NCBI GenBank assembly: GCA_002269645.1
Contig: NIVC01001058.1
Coordinates: 1-64,000, forward strand
Direction of reading: 5' to 3'
DNA: 64,000 nucleotides
Origin: Macrostomum lignano
Taxonomy: Eukaryota
A program made the translations under genes and the position numbers. Below are positions 47,697 to 57,344 of the stretch, in pieces. The notes beneath the pieces were generated by a model, which worked only from the letters and a program-made list of their open reading frames with translations, was not told the origin of the DNA and did no database searches. Position 1 is the first letter of the stretch. Each line of letters starts with the position of its first letter.

Positions 47697-49199
47697 ATTT
47701 CTGGTCCTGGAATTGTTCCTGGATTTTCGATGCAGTGGAAAGCGTAACGCCAAGCCACTACTGTGGAGGTCGGGAGCGAGTGCAGCTTTGGACTATCGGT
47801 CAATATATACACGTAAAGATTGCCGTTACTTTATCTGTGCCTGTTGGCCTGCCAGAAATACGTCAGCTAGGCTATATAGCTAACGCCCAAGCTTTCCTTT
47901 CCCTACCATCCCAGTGGCGTCTGCGCCGCCAATCCTAAGAAAGATCTGAGCGGGCGCGGGATCGAAACTGTGTGGCGTCATTTGTTTATATGGCCCCATC
48001 CGAATGCGTAAGCGCATGCACAGCCGCCCCCGATCTGCAGATGTTTTGACCTCTACATACTGCAGTCAGCCCATCGACCATACGAGCTAGGCAAGACCTA
48101 TACTAGGCAATCAAGCGATATTGCTCTCTGAACGCAAATTATTTTATCTGTTGCAATGAATCATATGATTTATTGCAGCTACGAATTTCATGCAAAGAAA
48201 TTTCCGACTGTCAAACGCAAAAACTTCCGACACACTATATGCCTGTACCTGTATAATATGGGTAAAAAAGCCTTGCAAACACTTCAAAAAAAAGAAGTTT
48301 TGCATCACCCACAATGAATATACAAAATTTAATTGGCTTACACATGTACGATATAAAATTCAATTACATGTGTAACTGTAGGTCCCACTTATCTGTTAAA
48401 ATCAAGCCTTTAGTGTTAGTAAGACCCTGGACCTACTCACTCTTTGTTTTAGTTTTGAAAATGCAAATTCAAATATTACAAATAGCTAGGATATTATTAC
48501 TACATGTACATGTAGGCTACATATAAGGACCTGTACGGTACACATGTATACTGCCGAAGCTGATGATCTGTACCTGTATCTAATTATAATGGCATCATGG
48601 AACAACAAACTGGGTAAATTCAGAATGGTACGATGTACATGATGTACGATGCAGTATGTTATACGCTTGTATAATGAAAAGACACCAAACTCACGCTCGC
48701 ACATGGGCTCGAAACTGGCTAGCCTACTAACAGCAGGCTATGGGCATTTTTCTCCTTTTTTGTAATTTTTCTAGAATTCATACTAGTAGGACTTTTGTAG
48801 CTATATGAATCTGCCATAACTTGTAGTTATAATAACATAGGCGCGGTTTTTTGCTGCTTTTGGGGTCATAAATCATTGCTTTTGAGCTGGTCTGACAGCC
48901 ACCTGCGCCTCACTCAGTGTTGAGGCTGGCGCCAAATGGTCTGAGAGGATGCGGGCGATAGCTTTTCCTCATCATTTTTGACAGGCCATCAGATTTATGA
49001 GATCAGGGCCTATTGTTCGTGTTCACTCAAGCGTTTGACAGCTTTGACAGCTATGCGTTTTACCCCTAAAAGTACTTTGGGATTAGCGACTAGCGATTTC
49101 TCTTCATTATCTTCACTTTCTACTTAATAAGAGCTTTCTAATGCATATTTTTCATTGATTTTTGTCATTCCTACGCGAAAGGTCATAAATCATTATGTA

Positions 49200-50665
49200 G
49201 CGATTTTGAGTGAGTTATGACTGCACCTGGCGTATTTTTATGGCCCCGAGGGAACTGATAGGATCTTCTGGTCACGTGAGTTTGGGTGGCAACAAGCTCA
49301 GCCAATCAGAAAATTCGACGTCAGTTATAACAAATCGGCTCAGCCAATCAGCGTCGAGGCGTTCCATTATAACAAATTGCGGTCCAGTTGGCGGCTATTT
49401 AAATCGGTGTTTTTGGCCCGCTCGGACCTCAACCTCCTGGGACCTTGGCCTAACTTAGACCTCCCGGAGCTCGACCGTCGTCTCTTGATCCCCGGATCGC
49501 AACTTCCCCCGTCACCATCAAGGACGAATTCCCCTGGTCGTCAGCAGCGAACATCAAGGTTAAGATCATCATCACCTGCTAGCTATCTGCGAAGATTGTG
49601 ACATCAGCATCATCCCGGGTCTACAGCTGCGAAGCACTAAGCCGATTCGGTCACTGTGGATTACCTGGTCTCCGGCTGTTGAGTTTCTGATTGGTTGGGT
49701 GAGAGGCTACCTAGACTTGCTTGATTGGGTGATTCCTTATCTGTACCCTATTTCAGTAGCTGGATTAGGCGCACACTTTTGCTCACTTTTTTCAGTAGTG
49801 CTGTTATTGAGGCAGAAATCATTCAATAATACTGTTAGTAGTCTGAAACTCCAAATCAATCTGAAGTGTGAAGGGATTTAGTGAGAAGGTTAAGTCTGAC
49901 AGTTATTTTATCGTTTTTATTTCTTTGTTCGTCTATGGCTCAGATGAGTAGCTAAGCTAGTAGGCGCCGGTCACAGTGGACCAATGGCAAGGCAGTCCTC
50001 AGTCGATCAATCTATCAAATCAGTTAGCAAAATTGCCAATAGTGCAAAATCGGCGCTAGAGATGTACTCTGTGCACTCTAGGTCCACCAAGCGGCTCGGG
50101 TAATGAATCATGCGGCCTCTGAAGTTCGAGTTAGTCTATCATCAGCGCTATGAGAGGCTAGTTGGCGCGTTGAGGGCCAAAAGTACAATTCCTCGTATTT
50201 AGCTATGTATAGTACATGTAGCTACCCCATAGTCTCGCCACTGCAAGAATCCCCTGCACAAGTCCCCTCTGTACCTGCATGGCCAATGCGATCAAGTCCC
50301 AGCAGTGTCCCTTATCATCGGCTATGACTTCGAGATTGACAACTAAAAGGCACTAGTTGGCAGGTAAGTGCTAAGCCCCCTCTAGTCGGAAGCCCGATTT
50401 CGAAAGTTCCGGTTTGGTGAGCCAGAACGCACGGGCTGGTGGCGGCGGGTTAGTTAATCTGCGGATTAGCTGATCTCTACCTTCAAAGTTCTCCCTGCTT
50501 GTCTCTCGCTGTCCCTCTCTTAGCTATAGGACCTAGACTGCTTGCCACAGATCAAGCTACCATGGGGCTGACCATCTGACAGGAGTGGGGGGCCAGGACT
50601 CTAATTGATTTATTTCTGAGACCTGAGGCCCGAAGGCTTCCACAAAGGAGCCGAAAAGGCCGAAA
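49200..50665 (+). mobile_element. Unclassified ~1.4 kb promoter-bearing (LTR-like) repeat, copy A
   Basis: Inverted homology to 51050-52590; tandem AGCCAATCAG boxes followed by TATTTAAA. Confidence 0.6.
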
Positions 50666-51049
50666 CCCATCAATATGAATGATCCAGCATTGCGAATTCG
50701 CATCATGATGCATGCACATGTAACGAGGGGTGCGCAAAAAGTTTTGGCAACTAGCTATCGGCCAAAAAGCTCGTTGTCATGGCCGCAGTGTGGCTGGAGG
50801 CGTTGACGTGGTGCAAGTGAATTCTGCCAAGGTTGGCTGCTTTTCCATGACTAAAGCCACGACTATAACAAGACCTGGCCAGTAAGCACTGGAAAAGTGC
50901 TTACGTCGCAGCGGAAAAACTGCTGCCTCCTCTCGTCTAAAGGAAAAAATAAAAAGAGCCGCCTGCGAACGCGTGATGCAGTTGACACGCTTTGCTTTGG
51001 GGGCAGTATAGAATGTGGCATTCATGTTCTGTCCATTTGGCATTATAAC

Positions 51050-52590
51050 CAAATGGACAGACTTCGGGCCTCAAAAAGCCTACAGCTTCGGGCCTCAGAA
51101 CTCAGAAATGAATCACTAAGAGCTCTGGCCTCTCACTCCTGTCAGATGGTCAGCCCCATGGTAGCTAGACTGTGGGCGAGCAGCAAGGTCCTATAGCTAA
51201 GAGAAGACAGCGAGAGACAAGCAGGGAGAATTTGAAAGGTAGAGATTAGCCAATCCGCAGATTAACTAACCCGCTGCCACCAGTCCGTGCGCCCCGGCTC
51301 ACCAAACCGGAGCTATCAAAATCGGACTTGCGACTAGAGGGGCACTGCAGTTACCTGCCATCTAGTGCCTTTTAGCTGTCTAAATCTCGAAGTCATAGCC
51401 GAATAGAAGGGACGCTGCTGGCACTAAGATCGCATTGGCCATGCAGGGACAGAGAGGACTTCTGCAGGGGGTTCTTGCCCTGGCGAGCCTTCATACACTA
51501 CTAAATGTACTATTTCATTACCAAATTCCCAGAAGTACATGTATAAGTACACGCAACTGCACGCTTTTGGCACTAAATGTGTTAACACGTCGACAGATAG
51601 GGATGATGTAGATGTATTGTTACTTTTGGAGACCTTCTGACTAATATTTATCTCGTTTTAGCCGCTTAGCTGCCTGCGACCACGCGAAAGCGCCAGTCTG
51701 GCACTTAATTCGCATGCTTATCATGATTTCTGAGAACGACTGATTGACTGGGAACTGCGCCGCTTCCGGTCCACTGTGACCTCTGCCCCTAGATCTAGCC
51801 ACTCATCTCAGCTGGCATTGCGAAAAAGAAAGAAAACATTAAGTCTTTAGCTTCCAGATTTAACTTTCTCACTTAATCCGCAAACCTAGACACTTTAGAT
51901 TGAGTTAGAGCGAATGGCTACTTTTAATATTAACTGACACTTCTGCCTCGAGTTTGGTATACAAAAGCAAGTAAGCAAAAGTGCAAATCCTATCAGACTA
52001 TCTAGGAAGGGGTCAGACAAAGGGCGCACCCAGTTAAGCAGGTCAAGAAAGCCTCTCACCAAACCAATCAGAGGACCTATCTGCCGGTAGCCAAGGAATC
52101 CACAGAGACCGCAGCGCTCGGATGGGATGCTTAACTGACGAGTGCCGCCGGTACTCTTCACCTGCCGGTTGTCGTTGCTGCTCTTAGATCACTGCCGGGA
52201 AATATCGATGATGCTTCTCAGGGGAAACTTAGCTGCTGAAGCCGGAACGGCCAGGGGAAGGGGGCCAGACGTCGAAGACGCAGCAGATGCCGAAGGGCCG
52301 TCTAAGACGGGGTTAGGACCGTGCAAAAAGGGAGGTCCAAACCGGCCTTTTCGAGCGCGGGTCGAGTTGCCGCCTTTTATAGCTCTCATGCGGCCGATTT
52401 GTTATAACGCGCGCCGAATTTTCTGATTGGCTGAGAGCTTTTGTTAAAATAGGCGCCGAATTTTCTGATTGGTCGAGCCGGGGGCAGTCAGGTCGACTCT
52501 GATTGGCTGAGCTCAAGACCCCAAAACCCACCCTACCAGGTGGCCTTCAGACCCCAGGGAAGATGACAGGTGCGGTCATAAATCATGCGC
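51050..52590 (-). mobile_element. Unclassified ~1.5 kb promoter-bearing (LTR-like) repeat, copy A', inserted within the mariner
   Basis: Reverse complement aligns with copy A, e.g. AGCTACCATGGGGCTGACCATCTGACAGGAGTG identical; three CCAAT boxes then CTATAAAAG on the minus strand. Confidence 0.6.
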
Positions 52591-53099
52591 AAAACATAAT
52601 AAAAGTCACTTGTCTAGACATCCTGGCGCCAAAAGTGACAGCAAAACACCCATAAATTAAAAGAAAAAGTAACAGAGCGAGTGGGGAGAAAGCTGGAAAG
52701 ACCTCTTTGACCCAGACAGGCTGGAGCCAAAAGTGACAGCTAGACCGCCATAAATCACTGAAAACAGTGAAAAAGCCGCAAATCTGGGGGTCAGAATGGG
52801 GTTGAAACCATTCCTTCCAGACTTAGTGTCGCCCGTCTAGACTGCTAGAGGTCAATCCGTCGTCTCAAACCCAGACAGTCTGACCTTCAAAGATGCGTAA
52901 ACAATCCAAAATTAGAATCCTAAGAGAAGTACATTAAGTATTCATCATAATTAATAGTGATGGCATAAATTAGTGTAGAACTTAGCCTGGATGAGAGAAT
53001 GGAGAGAGATTCCTAAGCTAGCCTACTGACAGTAGGGGAAAAGCGCATCGATCGAAGCGAAATGTGCGGTTTTAAGATTGCAAAAAGATGCGTCCTCAT

Positions 53100-53525
53100 C
53101 AGCTGCATCGAACCCTCTCCTGCTTTTGCTCTGCTCTGAGTGCATGAGGCACCCAACGGGCTGTGACCTTGTGGAGGCCAAGATGGTCATGCAGGATGGT
53201 TCGGACACTGCCATCAGAAATGCCGATTGTCTGGCTAAGTAAGTGCAACGGTGATATTGTTGCGATCTTTGTCCACCAGCTGTCGCACATCTACATGTAC
53301 ATGTTCTGCTGCTCGATCAATGATTGGCCTCCCAGAACGACAGCTGTAGGTTATGGAGCGTCGAACAGCACTGACCAATTCAATCCTACGGTCGACGGTG
53401 CGGTATGAAGCTGGGGCCTGATCTGCTACAACTTTGGACTAGCTCGGCATTTTGGTGGCGTTTTCTCCAAGCTTGCGATCGCTTGAAAACATAAAATCTC
53501 CACAGATCAGCAGTGATATTTTCCA
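53100..53525 (-). pseudogene. Mariner transposase N-terminal fragment (HTH region and WVPHEL-type linker), frameshifted
   Basis: IGISDGSVRTILHDHLGLHKVTARWVPHALRAEQKQERVRCS; upstream frames give APASYRTV and RSGRP with stops and frameshifts. Confidence 0.85.
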
Positions 53526-54686
53526 TTTGAAGGCTGAAAACGAGACTGTACGTTAATCAAAATGCTCTAGAAAACGAAAAAATCCGTGCAATGAGCTGAA
53601 AAATTATGAACAAACGCAAAATTTACTCATTTTCATGGGAATAAAAAACGGTTGCATTTATAAACATTTATTTAGAAAGTTATGAGCTGCAGTTGCCACA
53701 ACTTTTTGCGCACCCCTCCTAGCGTAGTCGCACTGGTTTCTCAAATATCAGTTGCTGCATGATAGCTTGATGCGGTCGGTTTTGATTTTTTTGTGATTGA
53801 TCCTACTAATCTAAACTGTATGGGGCTGTGTGGGCGGTGATTACTTATAATACGCGAACTGTGAATTTTGAATTGTGATAAATGGTACATACGAGCTCGT
53901 ATTTACATTATATACAGATATTGAAAGTTAAACAAGTTGAAGAGAGTCAGCGCCCTTAGTCCGCACTTTAGTCGCCCTTTTGTACCTATTACGAGTACAG
54001 TCTTCCATTATCAAATAACCCTACGAACATATAGCTATTTAAAAGTGCGCTGTTGTTTTAAGCCTTAAATGTATTAATTGTATTTTATTATGAACTTTTT
54101 ATACATAATTATTGTTATACCAAAAAATGTTTTTAGTATTCAAAAATATTTTCTTGTAGTCACGAGGCCTGCCTGCTTCTTTTATATTTGAACATTTATA
54201 TTTGAACATGTTGTAAAGGGCCCCGACCTCTCGCTCTCATACCTCGAAAACAAGTTAATGTAAACCTATTCTACGCGACTGTATAAATATATTAACTAAA
54301 GTTTTTTTACTGAATATTTAAACCTATAATTCAAATTTAGGATCCTAAATATCATATCCTAGAGACTAGAGTACAAGAAATACCTAATAAAGGTTGGAAT
54401 TCTAATCATAATATTATAGTAATTAGTAACATTATATAATTAATTAATTATAAAAATAATTAAACAAACAAAATATAACAAGCTTATTAAAGTATAAACT
54501 AGGCCTAGTAAATTAGGCCTAATTATTAAGATTTGTGCAAGGTTAAACTATTGACAAGTCTTAAAAACAGTAATATATTGGCCCTATAGTATAAAATAGG
54601 TAATCTAATAATGAAATAGGGCCTATCCCTATAGAATTTTTTTAATTTAATTTAAAAGTAGGCCTATGAATATATAAAGCCAATGC

Positions 54687-55609
54687 TAGGGATGCCAATT
54701 CTGATTATTCTATTAACTAGTTAACCGAAAAACCAGTTTTGGCCCCAGTTTTGGCCCCACAAAAAACCAGGTTTGGTTTTGGTCTGATTTTTTCACTTAT
54801 TTTTTATGTTTTTGTATCATTATATTGCATGTTGTAATTAAAACAAACTATTTCTATATATAGATTTGTATTCAACCCTAATTTACGATTTATAGATTAC
54901 AATACAAATCACAATTTGTAGATAAAATATGTAATATAAAAAGGAATAAGACCTAATCTAATAATCATATCAATCAAATGAACAAAGCAATATGAAATAT
55001 ATCTATTTTAATATCAAATTATTAACTATTACTTATTGTCATTATTAAATATAATTTTGTTATATGGTTAGATTCTGATTTGATACTTGAACTGACTATG
55101 AACTATTAAGTCTGTGTTGTGTATAGCATACTACATGTTGTTGAAAACTTAAAAGTAAATTTTCTAATTTTTTAAGCAAATTCATTATAATATTATTTAT
55201 ATGGCCTTTAAACAGTATAATTTCTATTGATAATGAGATAATAAGATAAATCAAGAAAGCAAAGCATGTGTATTAATGCACTAATTTACTTTTTCCAATT
55301 AGGGCCTATTATCCCATTTTATCTGTTTGCATAGGAAAAAAACTGCCAACCTTAACAAAATTTCCAATCAAAAATGAATAATAAATTGAATGCATCCTTC
55401 ATTTGGTGATAGACAAGTATGCTAAAAAAAGAAAATATGATACAAAATCAATTTCAAGCATATTTTTATGGTGCAAGCATGCTAAATGACCTTTTTGAGT
55501 TGTTTGGCAGCAAAAACTAGTATAAACTGGTTTTAAAACCTGTTTTGGCCAAAAACCAGGTAAAACCAATTAACCAGTTCCACAAAATTGATGGTTTTTG
55601 GCATCCCTA
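54687..55609. mobile_element. Non-autonomous hAT-type element (MITE)
   Basis: TIRs TAGGGATGCCA..TGGCATCCCTA; subterminal AAACCAG/GGTTTTGG repeats; degenerate 8-bp TSD GCCAATGC vs ATCAGTGC (5/8, mismatches all transitions). Confidence 0.7.
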
Positions 55610-56549
55610 ATCAGTGCCAAAGGACTTGCTTAGGTCTTTGAGGGTTAATAAGGTCTATCCTAGGCCTACTCTTTAGTCTTATAACTATAAGCATATAATT
55701 ATAAATATATATAAAATCAAAGTTTTTTTATTTATTAGTATATTTATTAAGATTAAATATTTTTTTAGATTTGTTCTTGTAGCATAAAAGCAGCAAAAAG
55801 CTTATTAAGATATTTTAATTAAAAATATACCTATTAAGACAAGACTTATAACTTATGGTTTATAAAGCTATAAGCTATTGTTATTAAAACTTACAGATTT
55901 TGAACCCATTGAATTCTAATCCTTAGAACTATTTTTGCATATATTCTATTTTTGCATATATTCTTATATATATATTTGCATATATATATAAGAAAAATAT
56001 TCTTATATTTTTGAATATATTCTTGCATATATTCTTTTGCATATATATTTTATAAGTCATAATCAAACAAATACTTGCTATTAGTAAAGATAAATATAAA
56101 TATAATAGAAGTAAATTTGTATTAAATTAAAGTTTGAGATTAGCATTGATCTTGTTAGTTGGTTGAAACTTGAATGATTTATGATAGGCAATTTCTATCT
56201 AAAGCATGCATTGACAAACTCTGATCTTTGGCTTTTGCTTCTCTCTCTATCCCTTAGGTCCTTTGAAACCTTTCTTATCTCTCATCTTTTATCTCTTATT
56301 TCTTGATTATTTTCTCTTTCCTCTCTTCTTCCCTTCTCTCTATCTTGTCTCTGATCTCTGATCTCTTTTCTCTTCTTTTATTACTGCTTTCTTATCTCTT
56401 CTAATTCCTTTTTTTCTTTTTCTTCTCATCTCTTCTCTCCTCTTATCTTCTCTCTACTCTTCTATTGTCTCTTGTCTCTCTAAACTACTCTTTCCTACCT
56501 TCTCTCTATTCTCCTCTCTTATCTAATCTCTACTCTCCTATTCATACAT

Positions 56550-56702
56550 GCACAACCTTGGGATTCACCCAGCCATTTCTATTGGCAACACACATGTAAG
56601 TTGCTATTGGCTGAGAGCAGTCACGTGACTATTATTCCGTCCAATAGTGACTTACATGTGTGTGTGCCAATAGAAACGGCCAGGTGAATCCCTAGGTTGC
56701 GC
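56550..56702. repeat. ~150 bp imperfect palindrome (~62 bp arms) with a central AGTCACGTGACT
   Basis: Left arm GCACAACCTTGGGATTCACC..GCTATTGG is the reverse complement of the right arm with few mismatches. Confidence 0.88.
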
Positions 56703-57344
56703 CCAAGCATGCTCCTATTTATCATCTCTCATACACGCACAACTGCTAGCCAATCTGGCCACCATTATTGTGGTGGACCATAAGTAAGTTGCAGAAATGT
56801 CCACCCAAAGAATATGGAAGTAGTAGTAGTACTAATTAGATGAAGAAGCATTTAGCCTTTATTCTGGCCAGATAAGGGAAGGAGACAGGCGGAGGTTGGG
56901 GTGGCTGTCTCGATGACAAAAAACAGACTAACTTTAAAAGTGAATGGCGCCATTCAGAATTAAGTTTGAGACTCGAAATTGTACACGATTGTGTCAAAGT
57001 AGTTGATTGTTTGTGTCAAATTTGAAGAGGATTGGTAAAAGTGAAGCAATGATATTGACGATTTAGTAAAAAACCTGTTTTGAGCAGTTTTTTGCACTTT
57101 TAGGTAAGTTTAAAGGTAGCCTAAGATATTCTCCGTAGTGAGTTTAGGATGGGTGCAAAATGTGGTGTAATTTGGTTGAGCGGTTTGGGAGTCCATAGCG
57201 AACAAATTTGTCCACAGACACACAGAGTTTTCATTTTTATAGGTAGAGAAAGCTAGTACAATGCTATGCTTTCAGTTCAATTTTTATAGATTATTATTAG
57301 TACAATAGATTCTATACATAATTAGCTTTTGCCTAAAAACTTTG

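Larger units (their letters stand above)
50721..53721 (-). mobile_element. Decayed mariner (Tc1/mariner) transposon, internally deleted and interrupted
   Basis: TIRs CGAGGGGTGCGCAAAAAGTTTTGGCAACT (50724-50752) and AGTTGCCACAACTTTTTGCGCACCCCTCC (53691-53719) next to TA; broken transposase pieces SYRTV, RSGRP, ILHDHLGLHKVTARWVPH, PNGQNMNATFY, LHHVNASSH. Confidence 0.88.

Noticed and set aside
49699-49881. Peptide similarity between copies A and A' (LIGWVRGYLDLLDWV vs LIGLVRGFLDLLNWV) as a conserved ORF
   Set aside because: An indel immediately upstream breaks the shared frame and downstream similarity collapses; nucleotide homology explains it
53040-53105. CTGATGAG on the minus strand as a hammerhead ribozyme
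   Set aside because: No GAAA follows the possible stem II
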